This document shows positions 20,982-29,620 of a DNA stretch of 35,444 nucleotides, piece after piece. Source of the stretch: an uncultured Planctomycetales bacterium. Lineage in GTDB: Bacteria > Planctomycetota > UBA1135. The notes beneath the pieces are model-generated. The model was not told the origin of the DNA. It saw only the letters and a program-made list of their open reading frames with translations, and ran no database searches. The translations under genes and the position numbers were made by a program. Every line of letters starts with the position of its first letter. Position 1 is the first letter of the stretch. The stretch lies in NCBI GenBank assembly GCA_964545405.1, contig CAZJGH010000002.1:1-35444 (forward strand), in the 5' to 3' direction.

Positions 20982-21623
20982 ATGTCGAAACTCGTGCTCG
21001 CATTCGAACTTTCGGGCAAGATCTGCACCGCATCACTTGGCACCGATGCCGACCTCGTGGAGCATGATTTCAGTGTAACGCGTGGCCGGGGATTGATCGA
21101 GGCAACCGACAAGCTGGTCGATATCGCGGGCGCCTCTCGGAAGAACATTGGTGCCCTAGTCGTAGGTGTCGGCCCTGGTTCCTACACGGGATTGCGCATC
21201 GCCTGCAGTGCCGCGACAGCGTTGGCCATGGCCCTCGATATCCCAGCGATCGGCATCAACTCCTTCGAGGCAGCCGCCTTCGCTCGGGACCTCGATGGTC
21301 CTCTTCACATCCTGTTGGATGCATATCGCAATGAGGTATACCACGCCTGCTTCGAGCGCCAAGGCGATACGCTACTGACCCATCAAGAGGCTCAAGTGGT
21401 CAGCCGTGAAGACGCCGCTGCGGCAGTCGGACAGGGACAATCGTTTTTGGGCGATTCGCGGTTTGCAGGGCCCGGAAGCCATCTAATCGGCAATTCTGAC
21501 ACGACCTCCAGTGCCCTATTGCGGCTCGCGTTCGCGCGAGGATTGAATACTGACGGCAGCGGAATGAAGCCAGCCCTACCAGCGACTCCGCTTTACTTGC
21601 GGCCTGCGGCTTTCAAGCCTTGA
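20982..21623 (+). CDS. tsaB: tRNA threonylcarbamoyladenosine (t6A) biosynthesis protein TsaB (YeaZ)
   Basis: VGVGPGSYTGLRIACSAATALA is the TsaB/YeaZ signature. 213 codons. Ends TGA. Confidence 0.75.
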   Translation: MSKLVLAFELSGKICTASLGTDADLVEHDFSVTRGRGLIEATDKLVDIAGASRKNIGALVVGVGPGSYTGLRIACSAATALAMALDIPAIGINSFEAAAFARDLDGPLHILLDAYRNEVYHACFERQGDTLLTHQEAQVVSREDAAAAVGQGQSFLGDSRFAGPGSHLIGNSDTTSSALLRLAFARGLNTDGSGMKPALPATPLYLRPAAFKP

Positions 21624-21635
21624 GCTGAATTAGAA

Positions 21636-21666
21636 GAAGGCATGGCGCCGAAGCGACCATGCCTTC
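21636..21666. terminator. strong hairpin between convergent tsaB and the histone-fold gene; probable intrinsic terminator (better U-tract on the minus strand)
   Basis: GAAGGCATGG-CGC-cgaa-GCG-a-CCATGCCTTC has 10 bp perfect arms plus a 3 bp extension. On the minus strand it is followed by TTCTAATTC. A second small hairpin GCTCGT-aag-ACGAGC lies at 21671-21685. Confidence 0.6.
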
Positions 21667-21693
21667 AGGTGCTCGTAAGACGAGCCGATCTTC

Positions 21694-22011
21694 TTACAGA
21701 TCCTGTGGACGCAGAGTCTTGCGGCCGTTCTTGGTTGGGCGGTTGTCAGCAGCCTTGATTGGATCGCGTACGTATGCGTCGAGTGCGCCGTAGAAGTCGC
21801 CGGAAACGTTGCACTTGGCAACAGCGTTCTTGGTGCGGCTCTTGGAAATGATCAGCTCAGTGATCTTGGCCTTCTTGGACTTGCCCTTCTTGGCGCCTTT
21901 CTTGGCAGCCTTCTTAGGAGCGGCCTTCTTCTTAGTGGCCTTCTTCTTAGGAGCAGCCTTCTTGGTGGCCTTCTTGGTTACTTTCTTAGCAGCTTTCTTT
22001 TTGGCAGCCAT
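21694..22011 (-). CDS. histone-fold DNA-binding protein (bacterial alpha3-truncated / DUF1931-like fold) with ~45-aa Lys/Ala-rich H1-like N-terminal tail
   Basis: The ATG at 22009-22011 gives MAAKKKAAKKVTKKATKKAAPKKKATKKKAAPKKAAKKGAKKGKSKKAK, then ITELIISKSRTKNAVAKCNVSGDFYGALDAYVRDPIKAADNRPTKNGRKTLRPQDL and TAA. The NGRKT-x4-DL end matches the histone L2/alpha3 signature GRKT(I/V)xxxD(I/L). The rest of the 443-aa ORF (to 23025) is antisense shadow. Confidence 0.7.
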   Translation of the reverse strand: MAAKKKAAKKVTKKATKKAAPKKKATKKKAAPKKAAKKGAKKGKSKKAKITELIISKSRTKNAVAKCNVSGDFYGALDAYVRDPIKAADNRPTKNGRKTLRPQDL

Positions 22012-22103
22012 GATGTTTTTGTGGTTTGATGTTGGCGTTTCCGCAAGAGGCGGAAACGGAGGAAAGTGGTGAAAGAACGGCGTATTCGCCATTCCCTGCG
22101 CGG

Positions 22104-22133
22104 ATTGTGTAATAACAGATAGGCCAAAGTCAA
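22104..22133 (-). promoter_or_regulatory. candidate sigma70-type promoter for the histone-fold gene
   Basis: The minus strand reads TTGACT (22128-22133), then 18 nt, then CACAAT (22104-22109). This predicts a ~90-nt leader containing hairpin 22037-22057. Confidence 0.3.
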
Positions 22134-22188
22134 CCGGAAATGCCGAATTTGGCCAGGAAATCCAAATTCTGGCACGTATGCTCTTATC

Positions 22189-23304
22189 GTGATTATCCAC
22201 GCCACCCTCCTCATTGCCATTCTCCAGGGCAGTGCTGAACTCCCACAGGACCAACAAGAAGTGGTCTTGTCGGAGCAGGACCAGAATATTCTGCGACGTT
22301 TCGACTCCCTGCCGGAAGAAGAACAGCAACGAATCGCCATCGAGCTGCAGGAAGCAGTTCTCGAGTTGGAACATCCGCTGTGCGATGCCGCGCGGTCCTT
22401 GCTCAATGACCGCAAATTGCGTAATGCAGAGCAACAGCGCAAGGGCGACCTGCAGGTCTACTCGCCACAGGAATATGCGCCGAAGTTGAAGCTTCGCACC
22501 AAGACCCTGAAGCCCACCAGCAAGACCTGGAAGACCTTCGAGAAACGATATTTTCGCAATGGTCTCGCTGACCGGAGCGCTTCCTGGGACTGGGATTACG
22601 GGCGCAATCTGCTGCTTAAGCCTGGAATTCGACAGCCGAGGGATGTCGTCATCGATTTCCTGGCAGGCCGCTGGCCACAAGATGGCAAGGTCGCTGCCTA
22701 TGCCGAAGGTGCCCTTGACCGTGACAAGGACATGGATGCAGCAGCTGATTATTTCGCCCATGCCTACCGGGACAGGGATGGCAAGGTCTACCAACAGATA
22801 CCTCTTTATGAGATCTGGAATGCGCAGACGACCTTCGGCATCTCCGATGTCGAATCCATCGCATTCATGCGCAATGTCGCCGATGACGACCGTTATGTAT
22901 CGCCGATTCCCGGCAAGTTCCATGACCGCATCTACGCTCAGATCGAGGAACGATTCGAGATCTACCGCGACTATCGGAGCCTGCGCTTCGCGATCGCACA
23001 GAGGTTCGTCGCACCCACCGGCCAACTACCTGTGCAGTTTCGAGGAATCAGCGAGACCATCGACAAGGCTTGGGTGCTGATGGAACACAAGCCACGGCGC
23101 ATGGCTGCATTCCTCGAACGCCATCCGACTCGCAAGCTTTTCCTGTCAGCCCTCGCCGAGGAGATGCCAGCAAAGGGCAAGGAAGGTGAGCTCGCCCACT
23201 GGGCCGAACACCAGGAAGCCCGCGCCACGCTGCCAGGCATCATGCGCGGTGCAGCGCTTGAGTTCCTCGCCGACGAGGGGCTGCTTGGTTTCCGGCGTAG
23301 ATAG
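22189..23304 (+). CDS. hypothetical protein, 371 aa, no family recognised
   Basis: GTG start. Strong GC3 bias in this frame, unlike the overlapping minus-strand ORF. Balanced composition with W/Y-rich motifs (SWDWDYGRN, DYFAHAYRDRDGKVY). Ends at TAG 23302-23304. Confidence 0.6.
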   Translation: MIIHATLLIAILQGSAELPQDQQEVVLSEQDQNILRRFDSLPEEEQQRIAIELQEAVLELEHPLCDAARSLLNDRKLRNAEQQRKGDLQVYSPQEYAPKLKLRTKTLKPTSKTWKTFEKRYFRNGLADRSASWDWDYGRNLLLKPGIRQPRDVVIDFLAGRWPQDGKVAAYAEGALDRDKDMDAAADYFAHAYRDRDGKVYQQIPLYEIWNAQTTFGISDVESIAFMRNVADDDRYVSPIPGKFHDRIYAQIEERFEIYRDYRSLRFAIAQRFVAPTGQLPVQFRGISETIDKAWVLMEHKPRRMAAFLERHPTRKLFLSALAEEMPAKGKEGELAHWAEHQEARATLPGIMRGAALEFLADEGLLGFRRR

Positions 23305-23319
23305 GTTTACCCTGGAGCC

Positions 23320-24486
23320 TTGGATTCACAACACCGCGCCTGGGCGGAGATCGATCTCGGAGCTTTCCGCCGTAACCTCAAGCGGGTCCGCTTGCAGGCC
23401 GGAAAGGCTTCGGTCTGGCCGGTACTGAAGGCCAACGCCTACGGCCATGGGGCGGTCGCCATCGCCCGTACCTGCGCGGAAGAAGGGGTCGAACGTTTAG
23501 GGGTCGGTGATAGCAGTGAAGCAATGCAACTGCGTTACAGCGGCGTAGATCTGCCCTTGCTCGTGCTTGGAACCGTGATCGACGCTGAAGTTCCCTACCT
23601 TCTTGAGCATGAGGTTGAAGTTGGGGTCCATTCGGAAAGCCGGGTCCACAAGCTGGGAACCTTGGCGCGTGAACACGGCAAGGTACTAGGTGTGCACTTG
23701 AAGGTCGATACAGGTCTCGGAAGGCTTGGTGTACGACCTGAAGCTGTTCTCAGGGTCGCGCGTGCGATCGCTGCCGAACCTGGCCTGCAGTTACGTGGGT
23801 TGATGACCCATTTCGCCAACAGCCAAGGGGCACGCAGTGGCTACACCGATGGCCAGCAGGCATTGTTCCTGGCAGCTGCAGCTGAAGTCAGCGATGCACT
23901 CGGTCAACGCCCGACCCTGCATTGTTCAAACTCAGCCGCATTGTTCACCGGGCTACACCCGGTCGGCGACGCTGTGCGCCCAGGGATATCCTTGTTTGGG
24001 ATTCAGCCGCAGGATATCGGCGGCGACGCTGGTCTAGAGCCGGTGTTGTAGCTTCGCACCCAGATCGTCTTCATCAAGGACGTACCGACCGGCACTCCGA
24101 TCGGCTACGACGGGAGATGGACTTCGCATCTGCCCACCACTCGCGTGGCAACCCTTCCGATTGGCTACAACGATGGCGTGCCTTATCGGATCGGCTTGGG
24201 CGGCAACGGCCAGGTATTGGTACGCGGACAAAGATGTCCGTTGATCGGGGCTGTTTCGATGGACTATTGCACCGTCGACATCTCTCATGTCACTGACGCC
24301 GACATCGGCGACGTCGTGACCCTGATCGGAGCGGATGGGCGCGAGCGCCTTAGCGCCTGCGATGTGGCTCGTGTCGCTGGCACTATCCCATACGAGATCA
24401 CCTGCCGCCTAGGATCCCGCGTGAAGCGCTGTTATCTGGAAGAAAGTCCCAACCGCACCTCGCCTTCACCCGTCATTCCAACATGA
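23320..24486 (+). CDS. alr: alanine racemase interrupted by one in-frame TAG at 24049-24051; a pseudogene under code 11 unless TAG is read through
   Basis: The N-terminal barrel carries WAEIDLGAF and the PLP-lysine motif VLKANAYGHGA. After LEPVL-TAG the same frame continues LRTQIVFIKDVPTGTPIGYDGRW...ATLPIGYNDGVPYR...GAVSMDY, which is the C-terminal beta domain. TTG start. The TGA overlaps the next ATG (ATGA). Confidence 0.8.
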
Positions 24487-27400
24487 AGTTCAGGCTGCCG
24501 CGGAGCTTGGTAGGACGCTTATCAGTGCTGTTTTGTGCGCTGCTGAGCATCAGTGCCTTCGTACCGCTGCCACTGCCGCTGGGCTTGGTGAACCAAGCGA
24601 TAGCCCTGCGCGCACCCGAGTTAAGCCTGCAAGCCTCCGCTGCCCACATCACTTGGGGCCGCGGGCTGGTCAGCTTGGTGGACTTGCGCCTGGCGCATGA
24701 GGATTCCGATCGAGCAAGGGTCGATCGCCTGGATCTCGCCCTTGACCTGTGGCCGGCCAGCTCGGCATTCGGCAGACCTATTCGGCTACAGATAAACGAA
24801 GCTGAAGGGTCTCTCGATCAAACCGTGGTCGATTCCCTGCTCAAGTTGGGTTCCGATGATTCCTCGCCCTTCCCACTGGCGATTGAAGTGACTGACTCAT
24901 CGTTGCGCTGGACAGATTCCGGCAATAACGATTATCTGATCACTGACGTCCGGGCTTATGGACATATGTCACCCGATGGAGCGCGCGTCGAGGTGCACGG
25001 CAACTGCCAACTTCCAGCGATCGGTGGCTTTGAAGTACGCGGCAGTGCGGGCGTTGGCCTACACGATTGGGTGATCGACATCCAAGCCGATGCGGTCCTT
25101 GTCAGTGATTGGCAGGGATTTCAACTAGCCCTGCCCGATGATGTGGAGAACCTCGATTGGAATGGCGGTCGATTTGATTTCCGCGCGGTGGCCAACGGTC
25201 ACGATCTCGAACTTAAGGATGTGGTCGTCGATGGCACGGCGAGCTTGGCGCGTTTCGTGGTGGAACAACCACGCCTCCATGTGAGTGATGTCGAAGTCGC
25301 CTTCAATGGCAGCCTGACCAGCGGCCTACGCTGCCGAGTGAAAGGGGCTGAGCAGCATTCCGGCTTCGCGATGGAGATCGAGACCACTCTAGATGATGAT
25401 CTCAAGCCGAACATCGAGGTTAGCGCCGCTTCGACTGATGTAGAGGTAGATGCGGAAACACTGGTGTGGCTGACTGAGCTCTTGCCCAATGTCGGTGAGA
25501 TCGTCACGGCGCTCGAACCACGCGGATTCCCCTTCGCGGCATTCGACTGTTCGTGGAGTCAGGCCGATGGTTTCGATTGGTGCCTCTTGGTGGAACCGAA
25601 TGGCATCAATGTCACCTATCGCGGCATCCTCGACGATGAAGGACAGCGCTTCTCCTTCCCCTACCCAGCAACTGATTGCATGGGTAGCGTTGTCGCCAGT
25701 AGCGATGGGGTCTTGTTCCATGGGCAAGCCGTGATCGGCGGTAGCGGCAGTGCCAACGCTGTCGGGATCATCGATTTCCGCGAACCCAGCTTCCTGGACA
25801 TCGACATCAAGGCGCGCGAGGTCCCCTTGGATCAGCGTGTGTCCCATGCGATCACTGGTAACCCTGTAATCGCCAACCTGTGGCGAGAGCTCGGCTCCCC
25901 AGACCAGGGCCTTGCTGATGCCGATGTCGAGATTCGTTACGTCGGGGATGAGTTCCTCATTCGTGTCGCTGGCAACGCCGCGGACATTTCCGTACTGCCA
26001 TCTATCTTGCCGATCCGCGCCGACGTCGACCACGCTTGGTTCGATTGGGTTCCTGGTAAGGCCCGCTTCGGTGCCAGCATGCACGCACTCGGCGGTGGCA
26101 TTTGGGTCGACGGAAGTGCCCACGATGTCGTCAACCGTGATGTACCTGAGATCCGCCTCACCCTGCGTGGACGCGGATTCGACGCCACCCACTCTGAACT
26201 CCGCATCCTCGAATCCTACCTGCCACTGCCGCAAGGCCTATCCGAGTTCGAGTTGTCTGGTGACGTCTTCTACGACCTGCACCTGGTGAAGCCTTTGGAT
26301 GAGACCAGTCCTGCCCACATCTCAGGACAACTCGTCACGGAAGGGGCGAACTTGAGGTGGCCAGCGCTCGGGCTTGATTTCATCCACCTCTACTCTCGCG
26401 CGGGATTCGCCGGCCATGGGGCAGATATGCAGATCGGAGTGGCCCGGTCCTGGTCGCAAGTAGACGGCGGAACCGTCAACGGCAGCCTGATGATGACCAG
26501 TGCTGGTGCCAACTCGAAGGCGGTCGCGGAGGGCCGCCAGCTGAGATTGAGCAACGACTTGTTGTCCAACTTGCAGGACCTCAGTGGTCAGAAGCCGTGG
26601 GGACGGCATCTCGAATGGCAGGGATCGGTGAACATGCTTGCCGAGGTGGATCCTTTCCAACCCACAGTCATCGAATCACACATGGACTTCCACCCGTTGG
26701 TTGTTCGTGCCCCTGGCATGGTCGAAGACGTGACCTTTGAGATCGGTGGGAGGATCGAGATCGGCGGAGAGATGACTCCGAACGGCAGTAACTTCCCCTT
26801 CTTCAACGCCAATGCCATCACCCTGACAGGAGCTGGCGTCGACTTGTCAGTGCAAGACCTCAGTGCTTTCTTCGATGACACCGGCTTGCAGGTAGAAGCC
26901 GTGTGTGGCTCTTCCGCCGGCATTGAACTGTCATCGCGATTGCCGCAACTTGTCGACGAGGAGACCATGCTGGCCCTTGAGGAGATCGGCCTCGGTGGCA
27001 TGGTGCGGCCAAACAACCTGCAAGTACTCGCGACCCTCCCCTACGATGACCCGATGCATTTCAGGGCGAATGGTGGCCTCATCATGGAGGACGTCACCCT
27101 AGCTGCTGGGGCAAGTCCGCTTACCAATGGCTATGCGGAGATCGAGGTGCGAGATGCTCGGTGGAATGGTGCCCAAGATTTTGCCGCTGAGCTTGAGTTC
27201 AGCAACGGTAGCGCCAAGGTAGGTGGCCTTGCCATGGAACATGCCAATGCACACGTCGACGTCAACCCGGACAGGGTCATTTGGACCGACGTCAACGCGG
27301 AGATGCTCGGTGGACGCCTGCACACCAACGGCAGCGACGCCGATGGCACTGAAGTGAGCGGCTTATTCCGCCTCGACTTCGATCCGAGTGCGCCGATGCA

Positions 27401-27989
27401 GGCGAATTACTTCGTCACTGGTATGCAACTGGAGCGGATGCGTGACGAACTTGGTCTCGGCGGACCTCTGGCTGGAGTCGTCAGCGGCTTCGTCGACGTC
27501 ACCCTGCCCTCGACCTCCCCTACCTTCGCCTCTGGACGCGGTTGGTTCCACATCAATGGCGGTGCCCTCGGGACAGTTCCGGTATTGAAGACCATCTGGC
27601 GTGTTGCCGGGATCAGTCCTCCGATTTTCGATGAAGGTGATGTCGCATTCCGCCTCAATGGTCAGGGCCGACTTTATGTCGATGAGTTCTCACTGCAGCA
27701 CCCGCTCCTGAGGGTGACCGGCGAAGGCTCGATGGACATGGATACCCGGCTGCGCTTGAAGGTTACATTGCGCACCTTCGGCTTCGTCGGACGACTTCCG
27801 ATCCTCAAGGACCTAATCGACCTGCTCATCGAGCAGCAGGTCTACGGCCCGGCCGAAGCACCAATCATCACCCACCGCGCTGGCGGCAAGTTGTTCGGCG
27901 ATGATTTCGCGCCTCCGCCATTCCCGTTGTGGGTGCCAGGCGGACCACAACCTGATTGGCGAATATCACCAATCTTCCCGGTGGAGTAA
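24483..27989 (+). CDS. AsmA-family / TamB-like large envelope protein (N-terminal membrane anchor, long beta-rich body)
   Basis: 1168 codons. N-terminal TM LSVLFCALLSISAFVPLPL. The C-terminal segment FHINGGALG...FRLNGQGRLYVDEFSLQHPLLRVTGEGSMDMDTRLRLKVTL resembles the AsmA_2 C-terminal region (memory only). Confidence 0.5.
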   Translation: MKFRLPRSLVGRLSVLFCALLSISAFVPLPLPLGLVNQAIALRAPELSLQASAAHITWGRGLVSLVDLRLAHEDSDRARVDRLDLALDLWPASSAFGRPIRLQINEAEGSLDQTVVDSLLKLGSDDSSPFPLAIEVTDSSLRWTDSGNNDYLITDVRAYGHMSPDGARVEVHGNCQLPAIGGFEVRGSAGVGLHDWVIDIQADAVLVSDWQGFQLALPDDVENLDWNGGRFDFRAVANGHDLELKDVVVDGTASLARFVVEQPRLHVSDVEVAFNGSLTSGLRCRVKGAEQHSGFAMEIETTLDDDLKPNIEVSAASTDVEVDAETLVWLTELLPNVGEIVTALEPRGFPFAAFDCSWSQADGFDWCLLVEPNGINVTYRGILDDEGQRFSFPYPATDCMGSVVASSDGVLFHGQAVIGGSGSANAVGIIDFREPSFLDIDIKAREVPLDQRVSHAITGNPVIANLWRELGSPDQGLADADVEIRYVGDEFLIRVAGNAADISVLPSILPIRADVDHAWFDWVPGKARFGASMHALGGGIWVDGSAHDVVNRDVPEIRLTLRGRGFDATHSELRILESYLPLPQGLSEFELSGDVFYDLHLVKPLDETSPAHISGQLVTEGANLRWPALGLDFIHLYSRAGFAGHGADMQIGVARSWSQVDGGTVNGSLMMTSAGANSKAVAEGRQLRLSNDLLSNLQDLSGQKPWGRHLEWQGSVNMLAEVDPFQPTVIESHMDFHPLVVRAPGMVEDVTFEIGGRIEIGGEMTPNGSNFPFFNANAITLTGAGVDLSVQDLSAFFDDTGLQVEAVCGSSAGIELSSRLPQLVDEETMLALEEIGLGGMVRPNNLQVLATLPYDDPMHFRANGGLIMEDVTLAAGASPLTNGYAEIEVRDARWNGAQDFAAELEFSNGSAKVGGLAMEHANAHVDVNPDRVIWTDVNAEMLGGRLHTNGSDADGTEVSGLFRLDFDPSAPMQANYFVTGMQLERMRDELGLGGPLAGVVSGFVDVTLPSTSPTFASGRGWFHINGGALGTVPVLKTIWRVAGISPPIFDEGDVAFRLNGQGRLYVDEFSLQHPLLRVTGEGSMDMDTRLRLKVTLRTFGFVGRLPILKDLIDLLIEQQVYGPAEAPIITHRAGGKLFGDDFAPPPFPLWVPGGPQPDWRISPIFPVE

Positions 27990-28051
27990 GTGCACCTGTT
28001 CTGGTGCCGTCGCGCACTTAGAATGATGCCTTCCTGAACCAGGAGATTCCA

Positions 28052-29140
28052 ATGTTGCATGCTGTAATCATGGCCGGCGGATCCGGCACCCGCTTTTGGC
28101 CTGAAAGCCGTGGCCACCGTCCCAAACAACTTCTGCCGATCACAGGTGGGGCATCGATGTTGGCGGAAACCGTCAGCCGTCTGCAACCACTGATCCCAGC
28201 TGAACGCACTTGGATCGTCACCAATGCACAGCAGGTGGAAGGCGTAAGGAATGCGTGCCCGGAACTCCCAGCTGCCAACATCCTGGTCGAGCCGTGTGCC
28301 CGCAATACCGCCCCTTGTGTTGGCTTGGCTGCGGCAGTGGTACATGCCGCCGACCCTGAGGCGATCATGGCAGTCCTGCCTGCAGATCACGCGATCTCGC
28401 CTAACGAAGAGTTTCAACGCAGCCTCATGGCCGGTGCCCACGCTGCCGCCACTCCAGGCACCTTCGTGACCTTCGGCATTCCACCGACCTACCCTGCGAC
28501 CGGATACGGCTACATCCAAAGCGCGGGCCTAGCTGGAACCCATGAGGGGCTCGACTGTTTCATGGTCGACAGCTTCCGTGAAAAGCCCGACAAGGCCACC
28601 GCTGAGGCATTCCTTGCTGAAGGTGGCTACTTCTGGAACGCCGGCATCTTCGTATGGAGCACCGCGACCATCCTCGATGCGATCCGCACCCATATGGAAG
28701 ACCTCGCAGTCGGGCTCGATGGCATCACTCCGACCATCGGCACCGACGGATTCCAGGCCGCGGTCGACGAGGCCTACCCGAGCTTTCCTTCAGTTCCGGT
28801 CGACATCGGCATCATGGAGAAGGTCGAGGGCGTACAAGTCCTATCCACTCCGTATCGCTGGAGCGATGTCGGTTCATGGAAGGCTCTCTACGATGAGGTC
28901 GAGCATGATGAGAACGGCAATGCCGGCATCTTCGCCCAAGGCGGCACCTTGCTCGCCGAGGATTCGAAAGGCATCCTGGCCTACAGTTCCGAACCACAGA
29001 TCATAGCCGTACTCGGAATGGAAGATGTGGTCGTAGTACGAACTGCCGACGCGATCCTGGTGGCACCACGTGATCGTTCGGAAGAGGTCAAGAAGTTCGT
29101 CGAGCACTTGCGCGCTGAAGGTCGCGAGGACGTGCTTTGA
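28052..29140 (+). CDS. manC: mannose-1-phosphate guanylyltransferase (GDP-mannose pyrophosphorylase; nucleotidyltransferase domain only)
   Basis: N-terminus AVIMAGGSGTRFWPESRGHRPKQLL. 362 codons. AGGAG at 28041-28045 lies 6 nt before the ATG. The TGA overlaps the ruvX TTG start. Confidence 0.85.
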   Translation: MLHAVIMAGGSGTRFWPESRGHRPKQLLPITGGASMLAETVSRLQPLIPAERTWIVTNAQQVEGVRNACPELPAANILVEPCARNTAPCVGLAAAVVHAADPEAIMAVLPADHAISPNEEFQRSLMAGAHAAATPGTFVTFGIPPTYPATGYGYIQSAGLAGTHEGLDCFMVDSFREKPDKATAEAFLAEGGYFWNAGIFVWSTATILDAIRTHMEDLAVGLDGITPTIGTDGFQAAVDEAYPSFPSVPVDIGIMEKVEGVQVLSTPYRWSDVGSWKALYDEVEHDENGNAGIFAQGGTLLAEDSKGILAYSSEPQIIAVLGMEDVVVVRTADAILVAPRDRSEEVKKFVEHLRAEGREDVL

Positions 29141-29562
29141 TCGGCAGGACGCTGGCAGTCGACTATGGCTTGAAGCGCACAGGCCTGGCGGTCTGTGATG
29201 CGCTCGGCATCGCTGCCCATCCGATCGAAGCAATCGTCTCCACCAGTCTCGATGAGACCGTAGGTGCGATCGTCGCACTGGTATCCGAACGTGAGGTGAA
29301 ACGAGTCGTCGTCGGCATGCCATACCTACCTGATGGCCGCGAGGGCGAGCAGGTCAAGAACGTCTTCGTCTTCCTTGATGCCCTACGTGCCAAGTTGCCT
29401 GAAGGCGTGGCCCTCACCCATCAAGACGAGCGCCACACCACCAAGGAAGCTCGTGTCCTGTTGCGCGAGACCGGTCTGCGCGGCAAGAAGGCCAAGGCAA
29501 AGTTGGATAGCGTCGCTGCAACGGTAATCCTGAGGCAGTTCCTGGAAGAACACTCAGATTAG
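29137..29562 (+). CDS. ruvX: YqgF/RuvX putative pre-16S rRNA nuclease (Holliday junction resolvase-like)
   Basis: TLAVDYGLKRTGLAVCD N-terminus and DERHTTKEA motif. 141 codons. TTG start. Ends at TAG 29560-29562. Confidence 0.8.
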   Translation: MIGRTLAVDYGLKRTGLAVCDALGIAAHPIEAIVSTSLDETVGAIVALVSEREVKRVVVGMPYLPDGREGEQVKNVFVFLDALRAKLPEGVALTHQDERHTTKEARVLLRETGLRGKKAKAKLDSVAATVILRQFLEEHSD

Positions 29563-29620
29563 GGCAGCCTGCACCCGTTTGCCTAGGCACACGGAATACG
29601 AAGCTTGACTACAATATGCT

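Noticed and set aside
21870-22010. Repetitive CTTCTT/GGCCTT DNA flagged as a possible tandem repeat or microsatellite
   Set aside because: It is the antisense of the AAG/GCC codon-rich segment encoding the Lys/Ala tail. This is coding low complexity, not a non-coding repeat array.
22012-23025. Upstream 338 codons of the 443-aa minus-strand ORF that ends in the histone-fold gene
   Set aside because: The translation there looks non-protein-like, and the region overlaps the plus-strand 371-aa gene, which carries the GC3 signal. The Lys-rich protein begins naturally at the ATG at 22009-22011.
29605-29610. TTGACT upstream of rnpB as a -35 box
   Set aside because: A -10 element 17 nt downstream would fall inside the mature RNA. 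Only the adjacent TACAAT (29610-29615) is positioned sensibly, and it has no good -35 partner, so the promoter call is left tentative.
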